Positions 11,814 through 22,098 of a stretch of 64,000 nt of DNA are shown here, in pieces (position 1 is the stretch's first letter; each line of letters opens with the position of its first letter). Under the pieces are notes generated by a model. The model saw only the letters and a list, made by a program, of their open reading frames with translations, ran no database searches and was not told the origin of the DNA. This DNA comes from an uncultured Clostridia bacterium (lineage in GTDB: Bacteria > Bacillota > Clostridia > TANB77 > CAG-508). Both the position numbers and the translations under genes were made by a program. The stretch is from NCBI GenBank assembly GCA_947630235.1, contig CANRGN010000001.1, forward strand, positions 4,508-68,507, in the 5' to 3' direction.

Positions 11814-12075
11814 TTTTAAATTTCCCTCCTTAATAATATTTACGGTTAACGGCAAGTTATTAACGCACCCGAGTGTTTTGTTTACACCCATTTTTAAATC
11901 CAAGTCTTCTTTGGTAATTCAAACATAATTTTTTGAATTTCAAACGTACCTGGATAAGTGCTTATTTCAAACTTATCGCCCGGTCTAAGCCAAGACATAC
12001 TCTGCAGGAGTTCCCTCCACCTATTAGAAAGATTTAGGTGTAGCCACATCCCGCTTCATCGCAAATCTATACGCA
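11814..12075 (-). promoter_or_regulatory. About 260-nt structured 5' leader of the S10 operon, a candidate autoregulatory leader (L4-type)
   Basis: Lies between the predicted TSS and the rpsJ start codon. Contains several stem-loops, e.g. ccgggcgataag...cttatccagg. Confidence 0.4.
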
Positions 12076-12081
12076 ATTGAT

Positions 12082-12110
12082 ATTATACTATGCTGACAAA
12101 TAGTTGTCAA
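12082..12110 (-). promoter_or_regulatory. Sigma-A promoter of the S10 ribosomal operon
   Basis: Minus-strand reads TTGACA, then 17 nt, then TATAAT (plus-strand tgtcaa at 12105-12110 and attata at 12082-12087). Confidence 0.75.
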
Positions 12111-12218
12111 CCATTTTTTTGAAAAGTTGTAAAATTTTTATAAAACAAATGAGAAAATGTACCAAATATTAAAATTATTATTTTGTTGAATGATATAATA
12201 CGGAAACTTTAAAGTAAA

Positions 12219-12245
12219 AAGAAGCTCCAACCAAAAGGTTGAAGC
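12219..12245 (-). terminator. Candidate rho-independent terminator of spoIVA
   Basis: Minus-strand hairpin gcttcaacc-tttt-ggttggagc followed by a T-rich tract. Confidence 0.45.
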
Positions 12246-12398
12246 ATAAATGTTAAAAAAATTTATTTCATCATTCTTATTCTATAATAAAGCGATTCAT
12301 AATATATTAGTAATTTGCAATAAACTTATATAAAATTTTCTTTTTTTAAATATTTTTGTTATCATTAAAGATAGTATGCTAATTATCTGAAAGAATTT

Positions 12399-13877
12399 TT
12401 ATAAAATTATACATATCAATCCACTACTACCTTCATTTACTACTCTTTGCAAAGTCTCTCTTAATTTATTTTGTGCCTCTTCTGGCATTCTAGCAAGTTT
12501 ATTTTGTAACCCTTCATTAACTAGTTCATGTAAACTTTTTCCAAATATATTAGATTCCCAAATTTTTGCTGGATCACTTTCAAATTCAGAAAGTAAATAT
12601 TTTACCAAATCTTCAGATTGTTTTTCTGTTCCAACTATTGGAGATACTTCTGTTTCAGTATCAATTTTTATCATATGAATAGATGGTGCTTTTGCTTTTA
12701 ATTTTACACCATATCTTTGACCTTGTTTAATAATTTCAGGTTCATCTAAAATTAAATCATCTATACCTGGATTAACAATACCATACCCCTTTTCATTAAC
12801 TTCATGAATTGCATAAGCTAATTTTTCATATTCTTTATTTATTTTTGAAAAATTCATTATTGTAGTAAATAATTCACCTTCATCTTTAATATTAATTCCA
12901 GATATTGTAGATAAAGTTTGATAAAATAATTCATCTTTTAAAACTATTTCTACAGTTGCACTACCAGTACCCAAATTTATTTCTGATAAATCTACTCTTT
13001 GAACATTTTCGTTATTATTTAAAATTTCGTAATTATTTGATATATCTTTTATACATCTTGCTTCTTTAAATGTATTTCTTACATCTTCAAATAAATTATT
13101 TTTTAGATCATCTTCTAAATTTAAACTATTAAACCATCTTGGAAGTTTTATATTAATCCTTTCAATACTAAATTCATATAAAAGTTTTGAAAATATTTGA
13201 TTCATATCATTTTCATTTAAATTTTCACAACTTACAGGAATAACAGTACTTGAATATTTTGATTCTAACTCTTTTGCTAAAGCTAAAGTATCATTATTAT
13301 AAGGATCTCTACTATTTAGTAAAACTATATAAGGTTTATTTAATTCTTTAAGTTCTTTTATTACTCTTTCCTCTGCTTCCTCATAATCTTGTCTTGGAAT
13401 GTCTGTTATACTTCCATCTGTTGTTACAACAATTCCAACTGTTGAATGTTCAACTATTACTTTTTTTGTACCTAATTCTGCAGCAACTTCAAATGGCATT
13501 TCATCTTCAGACCATGGAGTTTTTACCATTCTTGGAGCTTCATCTTCTAAATATCCTATTGCATTATTAACTAAATATCCAACACAATCTACTAAACGTG
13601 TTTTTAATTTTACATTTCCATCTAATTTTATTTCTATAGCTTCATTTGGAATAAATTTTGGTTCTGTTGTCATAATAGTTTTTCCTCCAGCACTTTGAGG
13701 AAGCTCATCTATAGCTCTTTCCCTTTTATATGAATTTTCAATATTGGGTAAAACCAAAAGTTCCATAAATTTTTTTATAAATGTAGATTTTCCAGTTCTT
13801 ACAGGTCCAACCACCCCTACATAAATATCTCCCTGTGTTCTTTTTGCAATATCTTGATATATTTCATAATTCTCCAT
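12399..13877 (-). CDS. spoIVA: Stage IV sporulation protein A (spore coat morphogenetic ATPase)
   Basis: 492 aa. N-terminus IYVGVVGPVRTGKSTFIKKFME (Walker A) is characteristic of SpoIVA. Length matches. Confidence 0.9.
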   Translation of the reverse strand: MENYEIYQDIAKRTQGDIYVGVVGPVRTGKSTFIKKFMELLVLPNIENSYKRERAIDELPQSAGGKTIMTTEPKFIPNEAIEIKLDGNVKLKTRLVDCVGYLVNNAIGYLEDEAPRMVKTPWSEDEMPFEVAAELGTKKVIVEHSTVGIVVTTDGSITDIPRQDYEEAEERVIKELKELNKPYIVLLNSRDPYNNDTLALAKELESKYSSTVIPVSCENLNENDMNQIFSKLLYEFSIERINIKLPRWFNSLNLEDDLKNNLFEDVRNTFKEARCIKDISNNYEILNNNENVQRVDLSEINLGTGSATVEIVLKDELFYQTLSTISGINIKDEGELFTTIMNFSKINKEYEKLAYAIHEVNEKGYGIVNPGIDDLILDEPEIIKQGQRYGVKLKAKAPSIHMIKIDTETEVSPIVGTEKQSEDLVKYLLSEFESDPAKIWESNIFGKSLHELVNEGLQNKLARMPEEAQNKLRETLQRVVNEGSSGLICIIL

Positions 13878-13951
13878 AAAAAAATTATCCTCCTATACAT
13901 TTTGTACTATTTACTTAATGTATATTAGGATAATTTAAAAATATTCCTTTT

Positions 13952-15670
13952 TTAATCTTTTATTGAAAATCTAGATTTGTCAATCTTATAATTAGTCATT
14001 ATGTTATCTGCATTAAGAATTTTATTATAACATCTAACTGCATAAATTACCCCAGAAAAAGAAGTTACTGCATCTCCATTTAATTTTTTACCTAAATAAA
14101 CATTATTAAAATTTTCTTTTAAAGTAGTTGATTTAGCAGAATCATATGTTCCCCAAATACTATAATGTTTTGAAGGGATTAAATTAGATTTAAAACAATA
14201 ATAATTAGCACCTAAAATTTTGGTTGTTTTCTCATATTTTATCTCTTTACCACCCACATTTGAATCATCAGATATATACCAATTTTCTATCTGTCCAACA
14301 TTGGACTTTATTATTACACTATCACAACCTTTTGCCACAATTTCAATATCTTTATTAGTTACATTACTTCCAATTTGTACATTCTCAATATCTATATTTT
14401 TTTGCTTTATTTGACTATTATATAAATAACTAATATTAAAATTAAATCTTAAATTTTGTTCTTCTTTTAAATTAGAAAAATTTTTATAGTAATATAATGG
14501 ATTTTCAGACATCTTTTTAACATCATTTTCATAATAATATGAAGATTGAATTTTAAAATTATTATCATTTAATTTTTTATCATCATTTATTAACTCTCTA
14601 TATTCATAACCACTAGGACTGTAAAATTTAAGTGTAATTCCACGATCTGAATCTTCTACTTCTGGTTCTCCAATATAAGCATTTATTCTAAACCCTATTT
14701 TTTTGTTATCTATTTTTAAACTTGTTTCAGGCAATGTATTAAAACTAGCTACATTAGTAATACAGCTCGTATTACTACCTACTAGCTTTCCATTTAAATA
14801 TAAACAGCTCTCTTTTCCATCATATGTAATTGCTGCATGATAAATTTTATCTTTTTCTATATGTTCACTAGTATTAATATATCCATATGAAAAATCTTTT
14901 CCATCAATATATCCATATAAATTCCCCATACTATTTATTCCTATTTCTGCACTAGAATTTGAAATTATAACTTGCTCTTTAAAATTAAATATTTCAAAAA
15001 CAACTTCTAATACAATTTCTTGAGAACCATCTGGTAAAGCATTTTTTAATAGAACATAATCTCCTGATCCATCAAAAACTAATCCATTAGATTTCCACGT
15101 AAAAGATATATCATTATAAGAATTTCCTCCACCATATAATTGAAAATTTTTCTGTATATCATTAAAACTATTCATTAAATTTTCACTCCAAGCTAGATTA
15201 TACCACTGGCTTTTAGTACCATCATGTCCTTCACCTGTATTATTTTCACCATCTAAATATACTATTAACGATTCTGGATTAGAATATTTATATTCCCCTG
15301 AAGAAAGATTATCATATTTAGATTTATTCGATACACTCAAATTAGTTTTTAATTCATAATCTCTATTTTGTGAAAAAAAATATATTCTTCCATCTATTAC
15401 ATAGATATCATTACTTCCGATTTTTTGAAATTGATCATATGAATAAATCGGAATAACTTCATTTGGTTTTGCTACCTTATCATTATAAATTTCTTGTGAA
15501 TTTACTTCAGTAGAATACAACTTTAATAATTCTTTGTTAGATTCCTTTTGAGTTTTATTTACTCTAGAAATTGTTAAATATGCTCCTAAAATAAATAATA
15601 AGAAAAAAAGCATTGATAACATAGCAAAAACAGAAATAACACCATTTTGTTTTTTTAAATTATTTTTCAT
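13952..15670 (-). CDS. Signal-anchored exported protein with a C-terminal concanavalin/LamG-like domain; function unknown
   Basis: N-terminal TM helix. Central region LVFDGSGDYVLL...YHAAITYDGKESCLYLNGKLVG resembles a LamG jelly-roll fold. Confidence 0.5.
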   Translation of the reverse strand: MKNNLKKQNGVISVFAMLSMLFFLLFILGAYLTISRVNKTQKESNKELLKLYSTEVNSQEIYNDKVAKPNEVIPIYSYDQFQKIGSNDIYVIDGRIYFFSQNRDYELKTNLSVSNKSKYDNLSSGEYKYSNPESLIVYLDGENNTGEGHDGTKSQWYNLAWSENLMNSFNDIQKNFQLYGGGNSYNDISFTWKSNGLVFDGSGDYVLLKNALPDGSQEIVLEVVFEIFNFKEQVIISNSSAEIGINSMGNLYGYIDGKDFSYGYINTSEHIEKDKIYHAAITYDGKESCLYLNGKLVGSNTSCITNVASFNTLPETSLKIDNKKIGFRINAYIGEPEVEDSDRGITLKFYSPSGYEYRELINDDKKLNDNNFKIQSSYYYENDVKKMSENPLYYYKNFSNLKEEQNLRFNFNISYLYNSQIKQKNIDIENVQIGSNVTNKDIEIVAKGCDSVIIKSNVGQIENWYISDDSNVGGKEIKYEKTTKILGANYYCFKSNLIPSKHYSIWGTYDSAKSTTLKENFNNVYLGKKLNGDAVTSFSGVIYAVRCYNKILNADNIMTNYKIDKSRFSIKD

Positions 15671-15827
15671 ATGTAAAAATCCTTTTCAAAATAAAAAATT
15701 ACTATATACTTTTATTTTACTTATAAAAAACATTTTGTTCAATACTTTTTTTATTACAATTTATTAACAATTTGAATAAAATCCATTTTTTTGAAAATAA
15801 TAAAAAAAAATCAAAAGGAGGATAAAA

Positions 15828-17465
15828 ATGAATTTAAAAAACATATTCATGAATACTTTTTCATATTCTCCCAAAAAAGAACACAAATTTATTTTACCTA
15901 AAAATCCTAACAATATGAATAACAATTGTAAAGAAAATACTCTTGTTTCTCCAAACATAAAAGAAAATTTAAAACATCTAAAGATAATATATAATTCTTT
16001 AATAAATAGCGATATTGTAATAAGAAATTTTATTATAAATATAAATGATACTAATTTAAAAGCATTTCTTATATTCATTGATGGAATGGTAGATAGCGAT
16101 TCAATAAATTCTAATGTTTTAAATCCTCTGCTTTTAAAAAATTCTATAACAATGAATAATAATTCTACTAAAAATCCAAAACCTATAAATTTTAAATTAG
16201 ATAAGTTTATTTATAAAAAACTTATACCTCAAAATAGTATATCAACAGAAAAAGAATTTAATAATATTTATAAAAAAATAAATTCTGGATTTTCTGTATT
16301 ATTTGTTGATCAATGTGATAAAGCTTTTTGTATTGAAGCAAAAAATATAAAAGGTAGAACTGATGCTCTTCCTCAAAATGAAACAATAGTTAGAGGAGCT
16401 CAAGAAGCTTTTGTTGAAAACTTAAGAATAAATACAGGTCTTATTAGAAAAAGCATAAATAATGAAAATCTAGTTATAGAAGATTTATCTGTTGGTGAAA
16501 TTACTAATACACAAGTTGCTGTTTGTTATATGGCTAATTTAACTAATGACGACTTAATTGCAGAAGTAAAATATAGAATTCAAAACTTAAAAATAGATTC
16601 ATTATTATCTTCTGGAGAATTAGAACAACTTATTTCAGATAATAAATCTATTTATCCAGAAATAATAGCAACAGAAAGAAATGATAGAACATGTAATTAT
16701 ATTTTATCAGGAAGAATTGCTATTATTGTTAATGGCTCACCTTATGCTTTAATAGTTCCAGCGGTGTTTACTGACTTTTTAACATCCCAAGAAGATACAA
16801 ACTTAAACAATTCTTATGGAAAGTTTTTAAGAATTTTAAGATTGCTTGCATTTTTAACAGCTGCATTTTTTCCTGGAATTTATATTGCTATAACAAATTA
16901 TCATCAAGAGCTAATTCCATCAGAATTAATATTTGCAATTGCAGGAGCAAGAGAAGCAATTCCATTTCCTGGTATTGTTGAAATAATACTTATGGAAATT
17001 TCTTTTGAGCTTATTAGAGAAGCTGGAATTCGTGTTCCTTCACCATTTGGACAAACTATTGGTATTATAGGTGCTTTGGTTTTAGGTGAAGCTGCTGTTA
17101 ATGCTAATATAGTTAGCCCTATTCTTATTATAATTGTTGCATTTACTGGAATATGCAATTTTGCAATACCAGATTTTTCTTTAAGCTTTGCACTTAGAAT
17201 ATTTAGATTTTATTATGTTATTTTAGGATATATAGCAGGACTACTTGGAATTGCTATGGGATTATTCATACATTTTTCTTATCTTTGCACAATTAGTTCT
17301 TTTGGAGTTAACTATTTTACTCCATATATACCATTTTCTAGTATAACTAAAAATTCTTCTTATACTTTAAAACCAATTTGGAAAAGAGAGCATAGAAATC
17401 AATTTTTAAATACTAAAAAACCTGATTCAGAAGAAAAAATAAGTATGAAATGGAAAGAAAATTAA
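15828..17465 (+). CDS. gerKA: Spore germination protein, GerA/GerKA family (A subunit)
   Basis: 545 aa, soluble N-terminal domain followed by C-terminal TM helices. Conserved GerA-family block. AAAGGAGG RBS. Confidence 0.85.
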   Translation: MNLKNIFMNTFSYSPKKEHKFILPKNPNNMNNNCKENTLVSPNIKENLKHLKIIYNSLINSDIVIRNFIININDTNLKAFLIFIDGMVDSDSINSNVLNPLLLKNSITMNNNSTKNPKPINFKLDKFIYKKLIPQNSISTEKEFNNIYKKINSGFSVLFVDQCDKAFCIEAKNIKGRTDALPQNETIVRGAQEAFVENLRINTGLIRKSINNENLVIEDLSVGEITNTQVAVCYMANLTNDDLIAEVKYRIQNLKIDSLLSSGELEQLISDNKSIYPEIIATERNDRTCNYILSGRIAIIVNGSPYALIVPAVFTDFLTSQEDTNLNNSYGKFLRILRLLAFLTAAFFPGIYIAITNYHQELIPSELIFAIAGAREAIPFPGIVEIILMEISFELIREAGIRVPSPFGQTIGIIGALVLGEAAVNANIVSPILIIIVAFTGICNFAIPDFSLSFALRIFRFYYVILGYIAGLLGIAMGLFIHFSYLCTISSFGVNYFTPYIPFSSITKNSSYTLKPIWKREHRNQFLNTKKPDSEEKISMKWKEN

Positions 17466-17481
17466 ATAAAGGATTGAGATA

Positions 17482-18561
17482 ATGGATAAAAAAATTTCAA
17501 AAATTGAAGCTATTTGTATTTTTATAATGCTTTTTATTAATACAATTTTATTAAATGCACCTCAAATACTAATAGATAATTGTAAAACAGGAGCATTTTT
17601 AAATAGTATATATATAGGAATATTAGCATTTATTTTTATTATAATTTTAAATAAAATTTTTAAATATTTTCCATCATCTGATATTTTGGATGTATCAAAA
17701 TTTCTAGGCGGAAATATATTAAGATTTATAATAGGTATATTATTTATTAGTATATTAATGCTAATAATTTGCGTTAGTTTAGCACATTTTACAATTCTTC
17801 TAAAAACTATTTATTTTAGAAATTCGCCAATATTATTCATAATATTCTTTTTTATAATTAGTGCTTTTATTTGTAATTTAAATGGTTTTGGAGCTGTAAA
17901 AAAATCTATCTGCTTTTATTTTCCTATAACTGTATTAACTATTTTAATTATATTACAAAATCAAATATCTAATTTTAATTTTACAAAAATTACACCTTTT
18001 TTTGGTGATTCGTTTGAAAACACTTTTTTTAAGGGAACTTCAAATATATTTATTTTTACAAATATAATTTTAATATATTTTTTACTTCCTTTTTTAGAAA
18101 GTGATAAGAGCTTTAAAAAAATAACTATTATTTCATTTTTTATATCTTGGATATTATTAGTTTTCATGGTAATGATTATTTTAAATAATTATCCTTTTAA
18201 TAACACAATTTCAAACGTAAATCCAGTTTATCTTTTAACTAGAAAAGTAGAGCTTTCTGATTTCGTTCAACGCTCTGATGCTTTATTTATTTTTATTTGG
18301 ATATTATCATATTTATCTTATATAACATTCTTTTTATATTTTATTACATTAATAATAAAAAAAATATTTACTATAGAAAATGAAAAGATGATTGTTTATC
18401 CTGTAGTTCCTTTAATTATTGGAATAACTTATCTTTTAATAAGAACAAATTTTTATAAATTTGGAAGTTTTGAATTGTATAAAAATCTATTTAATATTAC
18501 TGTATACATTATTTCTCTTCTAATATTATTTTTTGCAGGAATAAAAAAGAAATTAATATAA
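17482..18561 (+). CDS. gerKB: Spore germination protein, GerAB/GerKB family (APC-type permease subunit)
   Basis: 359 aa polytopic membrane protein directly downstream of the A subunit. Confidence 0.8.
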   Translation: MDKKISKIEAICIFIMLFINTILLNAPQILIDNCKTGAFLNSIYIGILAFIFIIILNKIFKYFPSSDILDVSKFLGGNILRFIIGILFISILMLIICVSLAHFTILLKTIYFRNSPILFIIFFFIISAFICNLNGFGAVKKSICFYFPITVLTILIILQNQISNFNFTKITPFFGDSFENTFFKGTSNIFIFTNIILIYFLLPFLESDKSFKKITIISFFISWILLVFMVMIILNNYPFNNTISNVNPVYLLTRKVELSDFVQRSDALFIFIWILSYLSYITFFLYFITLIIKKIFTIENEKMIVYPVVPLIIGITYLLIRTNFYKFGSFELYKNLFNITVYIISLLILFFAGIKKKLI

Positions 18562-18576
18562 AATTGGAGTTTTTTT

Positions 18577-19698
18577 ATGAAAAAAATATGTATTCTTAGC
18601 TTAATAATATTAATAATTCCTTTATTTTTAACAGGTTGTTATGATTCTGTTAGTATTGAAAATTATTATTATGTTGTAGCTATAGGAATTGATACTAGTG
18701 AAACAGCAAATATAAAATTAAGTATTCAAATAGCTACTACATCTGATAGTGGTTCATCTTCATCTAGTCAATCAACAGAAAGTAAAGTTTATTCCGTTGA
18801 TTGTGATACTATTAATGTTGGATTAAATATTTTAAATAATTATTTAAGTAAACAAATAAATTTATCTCACTGTTCTTCTGTAATATTTTCTGAAGAAATT
18901 GCATCAAAAGGTGTAAAAGAGTATATAAATACATTAGCAAATAATCCAGAAATAAGGCCAACAGTTAATATTATAATTTCTAGTTCTAAAGCTACAGATG
19001 TTTTTGAAAATATTACTAAATCAGGAGTGAATTTTTCATCTCGATATTATGAATTCTTAATTAACTCAGATGTTCAAACTGGATATGCAGTAAAATCTAA
19101 TTTTAATAAATTTTTCTACTCAATAAATCATGAAACTGAAACTGCTATAGCTAATTATATAACAGTTAATGATACATTAATACAATCAGATGGAATGTCT
19201 TTATTTAAAGGAGATAAATTTGTAACTCACTTAACACCTTTAGAAACAATGTCTTATCTTATGGTAACAAATCAATTACAAGAAACTACAATTTCTATAC
19301 AAAATCCTTTTGATAATAATTCTAGTATTGATATATTAATAGAAAAACAAAAAAATTCAGAAAATAAAATAAAACTAATAAATGGAAAACCATTTATAAT
19401 TACCAATGTTTATGTTAATGGTAAAATTCAAAATTTACCAACTTTTAATGGAGCAGAATCTACAGATGTTATAAATAATGAATTAAATAATTATCTAACC
19501 AATTTAATAGAAAATTATTATTACAATATAATAAAAAAATACAATTTAGATATAGTAGAATTATCTGATAAATTATGTAGCCAATTTCTTACTACTAAAG
19601 GATTTCAAAATTTAAACTGGAATGAAATTTATAAAGATAGCTTTTATAAAGTAAATGTTGAATCTACAATATCAACAAGTTTATATACAAAAGAATAA
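18577..19698 (+). CDS. gerKC: Spore germination lipoprotein, GerAC/GerKC family
   Basis: 373 aa, lipobox LTGC. Third gene of the tricistronic germinant receptor operon. Confidence 0.8.
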   Translation: MKKICILSLIILIIPLFLTGCYDSVSIENYYYVVAIGIDTSETANIKLSIQIATTSDSGSSSSSQSTESKVYSVDCDTINVGLNILNNYLSKQINLSHCSSVIFSEEIASKGVKEYINTLANNPEIRPTVNIIISSSKATDVFENITKSGVNFSSRYYEFLINSDVQTGYAVKSNFNKFFYSINHETETAIANYITVNDTLIQSDGMSLFKGDKFVTHLTPLETMSYLMVTNQLQETTISIQNPFDNNSSIDILIEKQKNSENKIKLINGKPFIITNVYVNGKIQNLPTFNGAESTDVINNELNNYLTNLIENYYYNIIKKYNLDIVELSDKLCSQFLTTKGFQNLNWNEIYKDSFYKVNVESTISTSLYTKE

Positions 19699-19708
19699 AG
19701 GAGAATTT

Positions 19709-19870
19709 ATGTTATTTGTTATTATTTTATTAATACTATTTTGTTCCATAAAAAGTTTCTTTTATGCTAAATATGAATTAGTAGAAAATAAAAATAGGTT
19801 TGGTGGAATTGCTATAATTTTTTTAACAATTTTTAGTTTAATTATTGGTATTTTTCCATTGTTTATTTAA
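19709..19870 (+). CDS. Small membrane protein (53 aa, two TM helices), possible germinant-receptor accessory (GerD-like position)
   Basis: Start at MLFVIILLIL preceded by AAGGAG plus 5 nt. Ends at a terminator. Confidence 0.4.
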   Translation: MLFVIILLILFCSIKSFFYAKYELVENKNRFGGIAIIFLTIFSLIIGIFPLFI

Positions 19871-19882
19871 AATACAAAGAAT

Positions 19883-19917
19883 GCAGAAAATGTCTGGCAA
19901 ATCCAGACACTTTCTGC
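19883..19917. terminator. Bidirectional rho-independent terminator between the gerK operon and telA
   Basis: gcagaaaatgtctgg-caaat-ccagacactttctgc, flanked by T/A tracts on both strands. Confidence 0.75.
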
Positions 19918-19928
19918 AATTTTTTATA

Positions 19929-21086
19929 TTAATCTTTTTTTATGTTAATTTCTAATACTTTATTTTTTAATTCTTGTTCTATATTTACTAATTCTTTTTC
20001 AGCTTCTGCTCTCTTCAATCTTCCTTGAGCATGAATTTCTAAAACTTTATCTAATGTTTCTATAACATCTTTATTTGTTTTTTGAAGTGTTTCAATATCA
20101 ACAATAGCTTTTTCTGATTGTTCTGCAATTTCTATAGTTCCTTGTTTTAATAATTCACTATTCTTTTTAAGCATATCATTTGTTAAATCTGTAACTTCTT
20201 TTTGTGCCTTTAAAGCTTTCTTAGCATTGCTAATTCCTAAAGCAATTACCATTTGATTCTTCCATAATGGAATAGTATTTATTAAAGAACTTTGAATTTT
20301 TTCAACAAGCTCTGTATCATTATTTTGAATCATTCTAATTTGTGGAGCCATTTGAATAGAAATTATTCTAGTAGTTTTTAAATCATATATTTTTTTCTCA
20401 AATCTATTGATCATATTATTTAAATCATTAACTTTTTGAGCATCTATTTGCTCACCTGTTTCTTGAGCTTTTGCTTGTAACTCAGGTAAAGTAACATTTC
20501 TTAATTCTTCTAATTTTTTCTCTCCAGCAATAATATATAATGATAATTCTTTAAAATATTCTAAATTTTTCTCATACATTTTATCAAAAATATTTATATC
20601 TTTTAACATTTGAAGTTTATGATTTTCTAATTGTTTTTCTATTTTATCTATATTATTTTCAACTTTATCATATTTAGCAATTAGTTTTGAAGCTTGTTTT
20701 TTTACATTATTAAAAATTCCAAATAAACCTTTTGATTCTCCAGCTGCATCAGCATCAAAATCTTTTATTTCTGAAACAAGTTCTGTTAATAAATCTCCTA
20801 CTTCTCCTGTATCTTTGGTTTTAACATTATCTAAAACTGTATCTGAAAAAGATGATATTTTATTTTGTGCTGTTGAACCATATTGAATAATTTGAGTAGT
20901 ATCTGTAACATCAACTTTTTGAATAAATTCATCTATTGCAGCTTTTTCAGCTGGCTCTAGATTATCATAATTTAAAGAATTTTCAACAACTTCTTCACTA
21001 ACTTTTTCGTCTGTAACTGAAATTTCATCTTCAATTTTTTTAGTATCTAAATTATTTTCTATTTTAAGCTCAATATTATCACTCAT
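19929..21086 (-). CDS. TelA/YaaN family toxic anion resistance protein
   Basis: 385 aa, coiled-coil. Central block matches the TelA family. Confidence 0.75.
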   Translation of the reverse strand: MSDNIELKIENNLDTKKIEDEISVTDEKVSEEVVENSLNYDNLEPAEKAAIDEFIQKVDVTDTTQIIQYGSTAQNKISSFSDTVLDNVKTKDTGEVGDLLTELVSEIKDFDADAAGESKGLFGIFNNVKKQASKLIAKYDKVENNIDKIEKQLENHKLQMLKDINIFDKMYEKNLEYFKELSLYIIAGEKKLEELRNVTLPELQAKAQETGEQIDAQKVNDLNNMINRFEKKIYDLKTTRIISIQMAPQIRMIQNNDTELVEKIQSSLINTIPLWKNQMVIALGISNAKKALKAQKEVTDLTNDMLKKNSELLKQGTIEIAEQSEKAIVDIETLQKTNKDVIETLDKVLEIHAQGRLKRAEAEKELVNIEQELKNKVLEINIKKD

Positions 21087-21224
21087 TATCGTTCCTCCTA
21101 TATTTTATTTTATATAATTTTATGATATTTATTTTTTACTGTCAATAGATAAATTTACTATGAAATAATTAGAAAACCGAAAAGAAAAAAATTTAAAAAA
21201 ATTAAAAAAAAATTAAAATAGGTA

Positions 21225-21253
21225 TTGCTATTTTATAAAAATTACTATATAAT
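21225..21253 (+). promoter_or_regulatory. Sigma-A promoter for tRNA-Trp
   Basis: TTGCTA, 17 nt, TATAAT, about 17 nt upstream of the tRNA 5' end. Confidence 0.65.
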
Positions 21254-21269
21254 TTGTGTTGTGTAATTT

Positions 21270-21343
21270 AGGGGTGTAGTTCATCGGTAGAATAAGAGTC
21301 TCCAAAACTCCAGAGGAGGGTTCGATTCCTTCCACCCCTGCCA
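21270..21343 (+). tRNA. trnW: tRNA-Trp (anticodon CCA)
   Basis: 74 nt. Acceptor AGGGGTG/CACCCCT, T-arm GAGGG-TTCGATT-CCTTC, anticodon loop CTCCAAA, encoded CCA end. Closely resembles Bacillus tRNA-Trp. Confidence 0.9.
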
Positions 21344-21350
21344 TTCATTT

Positions 21351-21384
21351 AAGAATATCTTTTTTAGATATTCTTTTATTTTTT
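21351..21384 (+). terminator. Rho-independent terminator after tRNA-Trp
   Basis: Perfect 10-bp stem aagaatatct/agatattctt followed by ttatttttt. Confidence 0.75.
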
Positions 21385-21408
21385 CTAAATTTATTTTTTG
21401 GAGGTTCA

Positions 21409-22098
21409 ATGTTTAAAAAATTTTTTTCTTTTTATTTTTCTTCAATGATTATTTTAGTTATATTTATATTTATTATTCAAAATTTTTATGAAATAAATAT
21501 AAATGAAAATTCAACTAAAACTTTAAATTCTACTTATTATTTCTCTAGTTCTAAATTTAATTGGCCAGTACCTGGAAACTATATTATTACATCTCGATTT
21601 GGTCCTAGAAATTCACCAACAGCAGGAGCTTCTTCTAGCCATTCTGGTATTGATATTTCGGCAAAGCCAAATACCAATATATTTTCAGTTTTAGGTGGAA
21701 TTGTAACATTTACAGGTTTTAAAGGTGCTGGAGGTTATTCTATAACAATTCATTCAAATGAATTTGATATTTCATATTGCCATGTTTCTCCTAATTATAT
21801 TGTAAAAGTTAATGATATTATTGATGCTAATAGTTTAATTGGTTTTGTTGGACCTAAATATATTTCTAATATTAAGAATAACCCTTATCATGATTCAACA
21901 GGAAAACAAACTAATGGAGCAACAACTGGTCCACACCTACATTTAACAATAAAAAAAGACGGCATAGCCGTCAATCCTTTAGATTATTTTTATTATTCAT
22001 CATCGCCCCAATCTAATGAAATTATATTATCACATTCTGGGCATCTCATTTCTGTTTTTGAAGAATCATATTCTATTAAAAAATTAAAATTACAATAA
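21409..22098 (+). CDS. Secreted M23 family metallopeptidase (LytM domain)
   Basis: N-terminal signal/TM. HSGIDIS...HxH (GPHLHLTI) M23 motifs. The C-terminal 35 codons overlap the convergent gene. Confidence 0.8.
   Translation: MFKKFFSFYFSSMIILVIFIFIIQNFYEININENSTKTLNSTYYFSSSKFNWPVPGNYIITSRFGPRNSPTAGASSSHSGIDISAKPNTNIFSVLGGIVTFTGFKGAGGYSITIHSNEFDISYCHVSPNYIVKVNDIIDANSLIGFVGPKYISNIKNNPYHDSTGKQTNGATTGPHLHLTIKKDGIAVNPLDYFYYSSSPQSNEIILSHSGHLISVFEESYSIKKLKLQ

Noticed and set aside
11814-11903. Upstream extension [10 protein letters not shown]... of the rpsJ ORF
   Set aside because: The conserved S10 sequence begins at MATTNTKVG with a strong RBS. The extension lies in the leader.
15764-16078. 104-aa minus-strand ORF overlapping the gerKA promoter/start
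   Set aside because: Hydrophobic AT-rich translation overlapping a strong RBS and gene start on the other strand. Likely non-coding.
21409-22098. Possible frameshift at the M23 peptidase 3' end (long tail overlapping a convergent gene)
   Set aside because: The ORF is continuous and the overlap is explained by reading antisense through a coding region. No indel signature (unlike the priA and tadA sites).
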